Part shown: one piece after another, positions 54,969 through 64,000 of the stretch | Numbering within the stretch: the first letter of the stretch is position 1 | How the letters are laid out: each line of letters opens with the position of its first letter | Source: Alphaproteobacteria bacterium | GTDB lineage: Bacteria > Pseudomonadota > Alphaproteobacteria > UBA828 | Direction of reading: 5' to 3' | Assembly (NCBI GenBank): GCA_965237415.1 | Contig: CBDEFM010000002.1 | Coordinates: forward strand, 416,001 to 480,000 | Length of the DNA: 64,000 bases | Program-made: the position numbers and the translations under genes | Notes under the pieces: generated by a model | Databases searched by the model: none | Told to the model about the DNA's origin: nothing | The model's input: only the letters and a program-made list of their open reading frames with translations

Positions 54969-56143
54969 GCGAGCGCCAGATCCGCAACATGACCCTGAAT
55001 TTCGGGCCGCAGCATCCGGCGGCGCACGGCGTACTGCGCCTGGTGCTGGAGATGGACGGCGAGGTGGTCGAGCGCGCGGACCCGCACATTGGCCTGCTGC
55101 ACCGCGGCACCGAGAAGCTGATCGAATACAAAACCTACCTGCAGGCGGTGCCCTACTTCGACCGGCTCGACTATGTCGCGCCGATGAATCAGGAGCATGC
55201 CTATGCGCTCGCCGTGGAGGCTCTGCTCGGGCTCGAAATCCCGGAGCGCGCGCAATACATCCGCGTCCTCTACAGCGAGATTTCGCGCATCGCCAATCAT
55301 CTAATGAACATCTGCACCATGGCGCTCGACGTCGGCGCGATGACTCCCTTCTTCTGGGGATTCGAGGAACGCGAGCGCACTATGGAGTTCTACGAGCGGG
55401 CCTCGGGCTCCCGCCTCCATGCCGCCTACTTCCGCCCCGGTGGCGTCGCCTACGATCTTGCTCCGGAGCTACTTTCCGATATCGGCGCGTGGAACGAGGC
55501 CTTCCCCAAGGTCGTCGACGACATCGAGAACGTGCTGACCGAAAACCGCATCTTCAAGCAGCGGACGGTCGATATCGGAATCCTGAGCGCGCAAGAAGCC
55601 TTCGACTGGGCGCTCACCGGGCCCGTGCTGCGCGCCTCCGGGGTTTCCTGGGACCTGCGCCGCAACCAGCCCTACGAAGTCTACAGCGCGCTCGATTTCG
55701 GGGTGCCCATCGGCACCAACGGCGATTGCTACGAGCGCTATCTCGTCCGCGTGGAGGAGATGAGGCAATGCGTCAAGATAATCGCTCAATGTCTTGAAAA
55801 GATGCCGGAAGGGCCGGTCAAGGTCCAGGACAACAAGATCACGCCGCCGTCCAGGGCCGAGATGAAGGAGTCGATGGAGGCCCTGATCCATCACTTCAAG
55901 CTCTACACCGAGGGCTATCACGTGCCGGCGGGCGAGGCCTATCGCGCGGTGGAGGCGCCGAAGGGCGAGTTCGGGGTCTATCTCGTCGCCGACGGCACCA
56001 ACCGGCCCTACCGCTGCAAGATCAGGGCGCCCGGCTTCGCCCACCTCCAAGTCCTCGACCACATGAGCAAGGGCCACATGCTGGCGGACGCAGTGGCCAA
56101 TCTTGCAAGCATGGACATCGTGTTCGGGGAGATCGACAGGTGA
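54965..56143 (+). CDS. nuoD: NADH-quinone oxidoreductase subunit D
   Basis: [40 protein letters not shown]; TTG start. Confidence 0.96.
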   Translation: MSERQIRNMTLNFGPQHPAAHGVLRLVLEMDGEVVERADPHIGLLHRGTEKLIEYKTYLQAVPYFDRLDYVAPMNQEHAYALAVEALLGLEIPERAQYIRVLYSEISRIANHLMNICTMALDVGAMTPFFWGFEERERTMEFYERASGSRLHAAYFRPGGVAYDLAPELLSDIGAWNEAFPKVVDDIENVLTENRIFKQRTVDIGILSAQEAFDWALTGPVLRASGVSWDLRRNQPYEVYSALDFGVPIGTNGDCYERYLVRVEEMRQCVKIIAQCLEKMPEGPVKVQDNKITPPSRAEMKESMEALIHHFKLYTEGYHVPAGEAYRAVEAPKGEFGVYLVADGTNRPYRCKIRAPGFAHLQVLDHMSKGHMLADAVANLASMDIVFGEIDR

Positions 56144-56733
56144 CGGCCGAGACGGTCTCCAGCGTCGAGGCTTTCGCCTTTACGCCCGAGAATCGGGCCA
56201 AGGCGGATGCCGTGATCGCCAAATACCCGGCGGGTTGTCAGGCGAGCGGGGTGCTGCCTCTGCTCGACCTCGCGCAGCGCCAGAACGGTGGCTGGGTCTC
56301 CCAGGCGGTGATGGAGCATGTCGCCGCGCTGCTCGACATGGCGTCGATCCGGGTTTACGAGGTCGCCACCTTCTACACGATGCTGAACCTGGAGCCGGTC
56401 GGCCGCCATCACGTTCAGCTTTGCCGCACGACGCCCTGCTGGCTGCGAGGCTCGGATGCGCTCCGCGACGCCTGCTGCGACGAGCTCGGCATCGGCCTGG
56501 GCGAGACCACGGAGGACGGTGTCTTCACGCTGACCGAGGTCGAGTGCCTCGGCGCCTGCGTCAACGCCCCCATGGTGCAGATCAACGACCACTTCTACGA
56601 GGATCTCGACCCGGCGCGCATGAAGGATATCCTGCGCGCCTTCAAGACCGGCGACTTGCCCACGCCAGGCCCGCAGACCGGCCGCCAGACCTCGGCACCC
56701 GCCGCCGGCCCGACGACATTGACCGAGCATTGA
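56140..56733 (+). CDS. nuoE: NADH-quinone oxidoreductase subunit E
   Basis: [24 protein letters not shown]. Confidence 0.95.
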   Translation: MTAETVSSVEAFAFTPENRAKADAVIAKYPAGCQASGVLPLLDLAQRQNGGWVSQAVMEHVAALLDMASIRVYEVATFYTMLNLEPVGRHHVQLCRTTPCWLRGSDALRDACCDELGIGLGETTEDGVFTLTEVECLGACVNAPMVQINDHFYEDLDPARMKDILRAFKTGDLPTPGPQTGRQTSAPAAGPTTLTEH

Positions 56734-56735
56734 GC

Positions 56736-58040
56736 ATGCTCCGCGATTCAGACCGCATCTTCACCAACCTCTACGGCGCCCAGGACTGGGGCTTGGCCGG
56801 CGCCCGCGCGCGGGGCGATTGGGACGGCACGGCGGGCCTGATGGCCAAGGGCCACGACTGGATCATCGATCAGGTCAAGGAGTCGGGTCTGCGCGGGCGC
56901 GGCGGCGCCGGCTTCCCGACCGGGCTCAAGTGGTCCTTCATGCCGAAGGAGGAGGCCCCCGGCCGCCCGCACTACCTCGTGGTCAATGCCGACGAGAGCG
57001 AGCCCGGCACCTGCAAGGACCGGGACATGATGCGCCATGATCCGCATAAACTCATCGAGGGGTGCCTGCTCTCCGGCTTCGCCATGCAGGCGCACGCCGC
57101 CTACATCTACATCCGCGGCGAGTTCTACGACGAGGCGGTCGCGCTCCAGGCGGCGATAGACGAAGCCTACGACGCAGGCCTCATCGGCAAGAACCCGTGC
57201 GGCTCCGACTGGCCCTTCGACGTCTACCTGCACCGCGGCGCCGGCGCCTACATCTGCGGCGAGGAGACCGGGCTGCTGGAGAGCCTCGAAGGCAAGCCGG
57301 GCAGGCCCCGCCTCAAGCCGCCGTTCCCGGCGGCGGTCGGGCTCTACGGCTGCCCGTCGACGGTCAACAATGTTGAGACGATTGCCGTCGTGCCCACGAT
57401 CCTGCGCCGCGGCGCGGAGTGGTTCGCCGGTATCGGCCGGCCCAAGAACACCGGCACCAAGGTTTTTTGTATCTCCGGCCACGTGAATCAGCCGTGCAAC
57501 GTGGAAGAGGAGATGGGCATCCCCATGCGCGAGCTGATCGAGAAGCACGCGGGCGGGGTGCGCGGCGGTTGGGACAATCTCCAGGCGGTGATCCCCGGCG
57601 GTGCCTCTGTGCCGCTGCTGCCGAAATCGATCTGCGACGAGGTGCTGATGGACTTCGATTCGCTGATGGCCGAGAAATCCGGTCTCGGCACCGCTGCGGT
57701 GATCGTGATGGACAAGTCGGCCGACGTGGTCGAGGCCATCGCCCGGCTCTCCCACTTCTACATGCACGAGAGCTGCGGTCAGTGCACCCCCTGTCGCGAA
57801 GGCACCGGCTGGGTCTATCGCGTCATGCTGCGCCTCATCAGGGGCGAGGCGTCGGTCGAAGAGATCGACCTGCTGTGGGACGTGGTAGGCCAGATCGAGG
57901 GGCACACCATCTGCGCGCTCGGCGACGCGGCCGCCTGGCCGGTGCAGGGGTTGATCCGCCACTTCCGGCCGGAGCTCGAGCGGCGCATCCTCGCCGCGAA
58001 GGTGGGCGGCGGTGGCACGACCGCCGCAGCCGCGGCCTGA
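56736..58040 (+). CDS. nuoF: NADH-quinone oxidoreductase subunit F
   Basis: [41 protein letters not shown]. Confidence 0.96.
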   Translation: MLRDSDRIFTNLYGAQDWGLAGARARGDWDGTAGLMAKGHDWIIDQVKESGLRGRGGAGFPTGLKWSFMPKEEAPGRPHYLVVNADESEPGTCKDRDMMRHDPHKLIEGCLLSGFAMQAHAAYIYIRGEFYDEAVALQAAIDEAYDAGLIGKNPCGSDWPFDVYLHRGAGAYICGEETGLLESLEGKPGRPRLKPPFPAAVGLYGCPSTVNNVETIAVVPTILRRGAEWFAGIGRPKNTGTKVFCISGHVNQPCNVEEEMGIPMRELIEKHAGGVRGGWDNLQAVIPGGASVPLLPKSICDEVLMDFDSLMAEKSGLGTAAVIVMDKSADVVEAIARLSHFYMHESCGQCTPCREGTGWVYRVMLRLIRGEASVEEIDLLWDVVGQIEGHTICALGDAAAWPVQGLIRHFRPELERRILAAKVGGGGTTAAAAA

Positions 58041-58051
58041 GGACGCAGCCG

Positions 58052-60112
58052 ATGACGACGCTCACCATCGACGGCGCCGAGATCACGGTCGAGCCCGGCT
58101 CGACCGTGATGCAGGCCTGCGTGCAGGCCGGCAAGGAAATCCCGCACTTCTGCTATCACGACCGGCTCTCGATCGCCGGCAACTGCCGCATGTGTCTGGT
58201 GGAGATGGAGCGCTCGCCGAAGCCCATCGCCTCCTGCGCGATGCCGGCGGCGGACGGCATGGTGATCCGCACCGACACGCCTTCGGTGAAGAAGGCGCGG
58301 GAAGGCGTGATGGAGTTCCTGCTCATCAATCACCCGCTCGACTGCCCCATCTGCGATCAGGGCGGCGAGTGCGACCTGCAGGACCAGGCCATGGCCTATG
58401 GCCGCCATTTCAGCCGCTTCGACGAGGGCAAGCGCGCCGTGAGCGACAAGGATGTCGGGCCGCTGATCGAGACCATCATGACGCGATGCATCCATTGCAC
58501 GCGCTGTATCCGCTTCGCCGACGAGATTGCCGGTGTCGAAGAGTTCGGCGCGGTCTTCCGCGGCGAGCACATGGAAATCGGCACCTATGTCGAGAAGGCG
58601 GTGACCTCCGAGCTCAGCGGCAACATGATCGACCTCTGCCCGGTCGGTGCGCTGACCTCGAAGCCCTACGCTTTCGTCGCTCGGTCGTGGGAGCTCAGGA
58701 CCACCGAGACCGTCGACGTGCTCGACGCTGTCGGCTCCAACATCCGGGTCGATACGCGGGGCACCGAGGTGCTGCGGGTCGTGCCGCGCCTGCACGACGA
58801 TGTGAACGAGGAGTGGATCTCCGACAAGAGCCGCTTCGCCTGCGACGGGCTGCGCCGGCGCCGCCTCGACCGCTGCTACGTGCGCCGCGACGGCAGGCTT
58901 GAAGCGGCGAGCTGGGCCGAGGCGTTCGACGCGATCGCGGCGGCGGCAGAAGGCCTGGAGGGCGGCCAGATCGCCGCGCTTGCGGGCGATAGCGCCGATT
59001 GCGAGGCGATGACGGCGCTCGCCGATCTGATGGCGGCGCTGGGCTCGCCCCATCTCGACTGCCGGCAGGACGGCGCGAAGCTCGATCCGGCGAGCCGTGT
59101 TTCCTACCTCTTCAACACATCCATCGCCGGCATCGAGGAGGCCGATGCCATCCTCCTGATCGGCACCAATCCGCGCTGGGAGGCGGCGTTGGTCAACGCG
59201 CGCATCCGCAAGCGTTGGCGCCGGGGCGGCCTCAATGTGGGGGCTATCGGGCCTGAGGCGGATCTCACATTCCCGTACGAGCATCTGGGCGACGGGCCGG
59301 AGAGCCTCGCCGCGCTCGCAGCGGGCGAGCACCCTTTCACCGACGTCCTGAAGGCGGCCGAGCGGCCGATGATGATCGTCGGCATGGGGGCGCTTACGCG
59401 GCCGGACGGGGCGGCCGTCCTGGCTCAGGCGAGGGCGCTGGCCGAGGCGACCGGCATGATCGCCGACGGCTGGAACGGCTTCAACGTGCTGCACACGGCG
59501 GCGGCGCGCGTCGGCGGGCTCGACCTCGGCTTCGTGCCGGGCGAGGGCGGGCGCGATACGGCGGCGATCTGCGAGGGCGCCGGCAGCGGCGCGATCCGCC
59601 TGCTCTACCTGCTGGGTGCGGACGAGCTCGCTCTCACGCGGCCAGAGAACTGCTTCGTCGTCTACCAGGGCCACCACGGCGATTCCGGCGCGCGCATCGC
59701 CGACGTGATCCTGCCGGGCGCCGCCTATACCGAGAAGCCCGGAACCTACGTCAACCTGGAAGGCCGGCCGCAGCGGGCCTACGCGGCGACGGCGCCGCTC
59801 GGCGATGCCAGGGAAGACTGGCGCATCCTGCGTGCGCTCTCGGGCCATCTCGGCAAGCCGCTCGCCTACGATACCCTGGACGAGCTTCGCGCCCGCATGG
59901 TGGCGCGGGCGCCGACGCTGGCCGCGATCGACCGGCTCAGCCCGGCGCCGTGGGGCGAATTCGGCGTTGCCGGCACCATGAGCGACGCGCCCTTCGCGTG
60001 CCCTATCGGCGACTTCTATCTGACCGATCCGATCACGCGCGCGTCCCAGACCATGACCGAGTGCAGCGCGGCGTTCGTCGCGGCGGCGGAGGGAGCCGCC
60101 AGCCATGGCTGA
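58052..60112 (+). CDS. nuoG: NADH-quinone oxidoreductase subunit G
   Basis: [41 protein letters not shown]. Confidence 0.96.
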   Translation: MTTLTIDGAEITVEPGSTVMQACVQAGKEIPHFCYHDRLSIAGNCRMCLVEMERSPKPIASCAMPAADGMVIRTDTPSVKKAREGVMEFLLINHPLDCPICDQGGECDLQDQAMAYGRHFSRFDEGKRAVSDKDVGPLIETIMTRCIHCTRCIRFADEIAGVEEFGAVFRGEHMEIGTYVEKAVTSELSGNMIDLCPVGALTSKPYAFVARSWELRTTETVDVLDAVGSNIRVDTRGTEVLRVVPRLHDDVNEEWISDKSRFACDGLRRRRLDRCYVRRDGRLEAASWAEAFDAIAAAAEGLEGGQIAALAGDSADCEAMTALADLMAALGSPHLDCRQDGAKLDPASRVSYLFNTSIAGIEEADAILLIGTNPRWEAALVNARIRKRWRRGGLNVGAIGPEADLTFPYEHLGDGPESLAALAAGEHPFTDVLKAAERPMMIVGMGALTRPDGAAVLAQARALAEATGMIADGWNGFNVLHTAAARVGGLDLGFVPGEGGRDTAAICEGAGSGAIRLLYLLGADELALTRPENCFVVYQGHHGDSGARIADVILPGAAYTEKPGTYVNLEGRPQRAYAATAPLGDAREDWRILRALSGHLGKPLAYDTLDELRARMVARAPTLAAIDRLSPAPWGEFGVAGTMSDAPFACPIGDFYLTDPITRASQTMTECSAAFVAAAEGAASHG

Positions 60113-61121
60113 GGCGGGCGTCTGGAGTGCCTATTTCTACCCGTTGTTCCTGACCGTCGGGTACATCCTCGCGATCGTGGTGCCGCTGCTGCTGGCGATC
60201 GCCTTCATCACCTATTTCGAGCGCAAGGTGTGGGCGGCGATCCAGCTTCGCAAGGGGCCGAACGTCGTGGGGCCCTTCGGGCTGCTGCAGCCGGTGGCGG
60301 ACGGGGTCAAGTTCCTGTTCAAGGAGACCATCGTCCCGGCCGGGGCCAACCGCGGGCTCTTCGTGCTGGCGCCGATGATCACCTTCAGCATCGGCCTGAT
60401 CGGCTGGGCGGTGATCCCGTTCGACGAGCATCTCGTGCTCGCCGACCTGAACGTCGGGCTGCTCTACCTCTTCGCCGTCTCCTCGCTCGGCGTCTACGGC
60501 ATCATCATCGCGGGCTGGGCCAGCAACTCGAAGTATGCCTTTCTCGGCGCGCTGCGCTCGGCGGCGCAGATGGTCTCCTACGAGGTCTCGATCGGCTTCG
60601 TGCTGGTGACGGTGCTGCTCTGCGTCGGCTCGCTCAACCTCAACGACATCGTCGAGGCGCAGAAGGGGCTCTGGTTCTTCATCCCGCTCTTCCCGATGTT
60701 CGTGATCTACCTGATCTCGGCGCTGGCCGAGACCAACCGCACGCCCTTCGACCTGCCGGAGGCCGAGGGCGAGCTGGTCGCCGGCTACCAGGTGGAATAC
60801 TCGTCGATGACCTTTCTGCTCTTCATGATGGGGGAGTACGCCAACATCGTCCTCCTGAGCGGGCTCAGCGTGATTCTGTTCCTCGGCGGCTGGCTGCCTC
60901 CCTTCCACGTCGAGCCGCTGACCGCGGTCCCCGGTGTGATCTGGTTCCTGCTGAAGACGGCGGTCGTCGTCTTCTTCTTCACCTGGACGCGCGCGACGCT
61001 GCCGCGCTACCGCTACGATCAGCTCATGCGGCTCGGCTGGAAGGTGTTTCTGCCGGCCTCGCTCGCCATGGTCGTGATCGTCGCTGGCGCGCTGCACGCG
61101 TTCGACTGGTTGCCGAGGTAA
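60105..61121 (+). CDS. nuoH: NADH-quinone oxidoreductase subunit H
   Basis: [40 protein letters not shown]. Confidence 0.96.
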   Translation: MAEAGVWSAYFYPLFLTVGYILAIVVPLLLAIAFITYFERKVWAAIQLRKGPNVVGPFGLLQPVADGVKFLFKETIVPAGANRGLFVLAPMITFSIGLIGWAVIPFDEHLVLADLNVGLLYLFAVSSLGVYGIIIAGWASNSKYAFLGALRSAAQMVSYEVSIGFVLVTVLLCVGSLNLNDIVEAQKGLWFFIPLFPMFVIYLISALAETNRTPFDLPEAEGELVAGYQVEYSSMTFLLFMMGEYANIVLLSGLSVILFLGGWLPPFHVEPLTAVPGVIWFLLKTAVVVFFFTWTRATLPRYRYDQLMRLGWKVFLPASLAMVVIVAGALHAFDWLPR

Positions 61122-61185
61122 GTCACCCTGGCGACGGCAAGCGGCCTGTGCTATGGCCGCGCCCGGCGCCGAGAAGGAGGTCGCC

Positions 61186-61674
61186 ATGCCAGCGATTGAG
61201 CAGACGGTTCGATCCTTGCTCCTGACCGAGCTGGCGGTCGGGCTTGGCGTAACCTTCAAGCAGATTTTCAAGCGCAAGGCGACGCTCAACTACCCGTACG
61301 AAAAGGGCATGCTGAGCCCGCGCTTCCGCGGCGAGCATGCGCTGCGCCGCTACCCCAACGGCGAGGAGCGCTGCATCGCCTGCAAGCTGTGCGAGGCGAT
61401 CTGCCCCGCACAGGCCATCACCATCGAGGCCGAGCCGCGGGAGGACGGCAGCCGGCGCACGACCCGCTACGACATCGACATGGTGAAGTGCATCTACTGC
61501 GGTTTCTGCGAGGAGGCCTGCCCCGTCGATGCCATCGTCGAGGGACCCAATTTCGAGTTTGCTGCCGAGACCCGCGAGGAGCTGCTCTACAACAAGGAGA
61601 AGCTGCTCGATAACGGCGACCGCTGGGAGCGGGAGATCGCCGCCAACCTGAGCGCGGAGGCACCCTACCGCTGA
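61186..61674 (+). CDS. nuoI: NADH-quinone oxidoreductase subunit I
   Basis: [12 protein letters not shown] and [12 protein letters not shown]; RBS AAGGAGG before ATG 61186. Confidence 0.96.
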   Translation: MPAIEQTVRSLLLTELAVGLGVTFKQIFKRKATLNYPYEKGMLSPRFRGEHALRRYPNGEERCIACKLCEAICPAQAITIEAEPREDGSRRTTRYDIDMVKCIYCGFCEEACPVDAIVEGPNFEFAAETREELLYNKEKLLDNGDRWEREIAANLSAEAPYR

Positions 61675-61723
61675 GCCTGGATCGGCAGGAGCGGAACGGT
61701 AAGCCAAGCGGGGCCACGGCACG

Positions 61724-62353
61724 ATGATCATTCAGACGATCATGTTCTACGTCCTTGCCGTGGTGACGGTGGGGGCGGGCGTCATGGTGATCGCCTCGCG
61801 CAACCCGGTTCACTCCGTGCTCTTCTTGATCCTGGCGTTCTTCAACTCGGCCGGGCTCTTCGTGATGATGGGCGCCGAGTTCCTGGCGATGATCCTCATC
61901 ATCGTCTACGTCGGTGCCGTCGCCGTGCTCTTCCTCTTCGTCGTGATGATGCTCGACATCAATTTCGCCGAGCTGCGCGCGGGCTTCCTCCAATACCTGC
62001 CCATCGGCAGCGTCATCGGAATCATCCTTCTCGCCGAGCTGGTGATGGTCTTCGCCTCTGGCGCCATCGAGATCGAGGTGCCGACGAATGTTGCATCGCC
62101 AACGCCACCGCCAGACGAAGTGACCAATACCCAGGCCTTGGGCGACGTGCTCTATACCCGCTACGCCTATCTGTTCCAGGGCGCGGGCTTCATCCTTTTG
62201 GTCGCGATGGTGGGCGCTATCGTGCTCACCCATCGGCGTCGTACCGACGTCCGGCGCCAGCGCATCGCCGATCAGGTGGCGCGCGATCCGAAGGCTGCCG
62301 TTCGCCTCACCGACATCGAGCCGGGCGCGGAGGGAACATGGAAATCGGACTGA
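61724..62353 (+). CDS. nuoJ: NADH-quinone oxidoreductase subunit J
   Basis: [30 protein letters not shown]. Confidence 0.95.
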   Translation: MIIQTIMFYVLAVVTVGAGVMVIASRNPVHSVLFLILAFFNSAGLFVMMGAEFLAMILIIVYVGAVAVLFLFVVMMLDINFAELRAGFLQYLPIGSVIGIILLAELVMVFASGAIEIEVPTNVASPTPPPDEVTNTQALGDVLYTRYAYLFQGAGFILLVAMVGAIVLTHRRRTDVRRQRIADQVARDPKAAVRLTDIEPGAEGTWKSD

Positions 62354-62646
62354 CCCATTATCTCACCGTTGCCGCGGTCCTCTTCACCCTCGGCGTCGTC
62401 GGCATCTTCCTCAACCGCAAGAACGTCATCATCATCCTGATGGCGATCGAGCTGATGCTTCTCGCCGTCAACATCAACCTGGTCGCCTTCTCGACCTTCC
62501 TCAACGACATGGTGGGCCAGGTCTTCGCCATGCTCGTGCTCACGGTCGCAGCCGCCGAGGCGGCGATCGGCCTCGCCATCCTGGTCGTCTACTTCCGCAA
62601 TCGCGGCAGCATCGCCGTCGAGGACGTCAACGTGATGAAGGGCTGA
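62338..62646 (+). CDS. nuoK: NADH-quinone oxidoreductase subunit K
   Basis: [23 protein letters not shown]. Confidence 0.96.
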   Translation: MEIGLTHYLTVAAVLFTLGVVGIFLNRKNVIIILMAIELMLLAVNINLVAFSTFLNDMVGQVFAMLVLTVAAAEAAIGLAILVVYFRNRGSIAVEDVNVMKG

Positions 62647-62652
62647 GGGCCG

Positions 62653-64000
62653 GTGCTCTACTACGCCGCGCCCATTTTCCTGCCGCTCTTCGGAGCGGTG
62701 ATCGCTGGCCTGTTCGGACGGGTGCTTGGCGCGCGCGGTGCCCAGCTTGTCACCTGCGGCGCGATGGGCATTGCGGCGGTGATGGCGATCGTGGTCTTCA
62801 CCGAGGTCGTGCTCCAGGGCGAGACCGCGACGATCGTCCTCTTCGACTGGTTCAGCTCCGGCGATCTCGACGTCGACTGGCTCCTCAGATTCGACGAGCT
62901 GACCGGCGTGATGGTCTTCGTCGTCTGCGTGGTCTCGTTCCTCATCCACGTCTATTCCATCGGCTACATGGCGCACGATCCCCATGTGCCGCGCTTCTTC
63001 GCCTATCTCTCGCTCTTCACCTTCTTCATGCTGGCGCTGGTCAGCGCCGACAACTTCCTCCAGATGTTCTTCGGCTGGGAGGGCGTCGGCCTCCTTTCCT
63101 ATCTTCTGATCGGATTCTGGTACAAGCGGCCGTCGGCGAACGCCGCAGCGATCAAGGCCTTTATCGTCAATCGGGTGGGCGACTTCGGCTTCGCCCTCGG
63201 CATCCTCGCGATCTTCCTCATGTTCGACACCGTCTCGTTCGACGCCGTGTTCGCAGGCGCCCCCGGGATGGTGGATGCGGAGCTCACCTTCCTCGGCCAC
63301 TCCTTCGACTTCCTGGAGGTCGCCTGCATCCTCTTCTTCGTCGGCGCCATGGGTAAGTCTGCGCAGTTCCTGCTGCACACCTGGCTGCCGGACGCGATGG
63401 AAGGGCCGACGCCGGTCTCCGCGCTAATCCACGCCGCGACCATGGTGACCGCCGGTGTCTTCATGGTGGCGCGGCTCTCGCCGATCTTCGAATACGCGCC
63501 CATCGCCCTTTCGGTGGTGACCTTCTTCGGCGCGACCACGGCGATCTTCGCGGCGACCATTGCGATCACCCAGAACGACATAAAGCGGGTGATCGCCTAT
63601 TCGACCTGCAGCCAGCTCGGCTACATGTTCTTCGCCTGTGGCGTCTCGGCCTATGGCGCGGGCATCTTCCACCTCACCACACACGCGTTCTTCAAGGCGC
63701 TGCTTTTCCTCGGCGCCGGCGCGGTGATCCACGCCATGTCGGACGAGCAGGACATGCGCAAGATGGGCGGCATCTGGCGCATGGTCCCGGTGACCTACGT
63801 GCTCATGTGGATCGGCAATCTGGCGCTCGCCGGGATCTTCCCGTTCTCGGGCTTCTTCTCGAAGGACATCATCCTGGAATCGGCCTTTGCCTCGCACACC
63901 GGGCTCGGCATGTACGCCTTTGGGCTCGGCATCCTGGCCGCGTTCCTGACCGCGCTCTATTCCTGGCGACTGCTATTCCTGACCTTCCACGGCAAGCCGC
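62653..64000 (+). CDS. nuoL: NADH-quinone oxidoreductase subunit L (3' truncated by window)
   Basis: Manual translation from GTG 62653 shows GWEGVG, KAFIVNRVGD, GKSAQF..WLPDAMEGPTPVSALIHAATMV, YSTCSQLG, HAFFKALLFL. Confidence 0.94.
   Translation, partial: MLYYAAPIFLPLFGAVIAGLFGRVLGARGAQLVTCGAMGIAAVMAIVVFTEVVLQGETATIVLFDWFSSGDLDVDWLLRFDELTGVMVFVVCVVSFLIHVYSIGYMAHDPHVPRFFAYLSLFTFFMLALVSADNFLQMFFGWEGVGLLSYLLIGFWYKRPSANAAAIKAFIVNRVGDFGFALGILAIFLMFDTVSFDAVFAGAPGMVDAELTFLGHSFDFLEVACILFFVGAMGKSAQFLLHTWLPDAMEGPTPVSALIHAATMVTAGVFMVARLSPIFEYAPIALSVVTFFGATTAIFAATIAITQNDIKRVIAYSTCSQLGYMFFACGVSAYGAGIFHLTTHAFFKALLFLGAGAVIHAMSDEQDMRKMGGIWRMVPVTYVLMWIGNLALAGIFPFSGFFSKDIILESAFASHTGLGMYAFGLGILAAFLTALYSWRLLFLTFHGKP

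Overview
High-GC DNA with alphaproteobacterial (Rhodospirillales-like) gene order; the taxon is inferred from synteny (bamD-recN-ligA, Rrf2-sufBCDS, hupB-tRNA-Val-tRNA-Asp-nuoA..L). Mostly housekeeping and catabolic genes: an ABC substrate-binding protein, an amidase, a fused hydantoinase/oxoprolinase, sdaA, rmuC, serA/serC, PhzF, a Sel1-repeat protein, bamD, recN, ligA, lipB, an SMR exporter, a second HyuA/HyuB pair, CCA-adding enzyme, Nudix CoA pyrophosphatase, acoABC with a sugar-type ABC transporter, acetoacetyl-CoA synthetase, an MNT-HEPN toxin-antitoxin pair, a suf operon, three tRNAs, an N-carbamoylase, HU and nuoA-L. The most unusual signals are small mobile elements. (1) An IS5-family element sits exactly on the serC stop codon. 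(2) A 109-bp MITE with a CTAG duplication splits a subtilase gene; removing it restores the reading frame, and it carries two NrdR-box-like motifs. (3) A ~370-bp repeat element occurs twice, with imperfect terminal inverted repeats that coincide with neighbouring genes' stop codons and a 10-bp-phased AATCCC array. All calls come from reading motifs by eye; no database searches were run.
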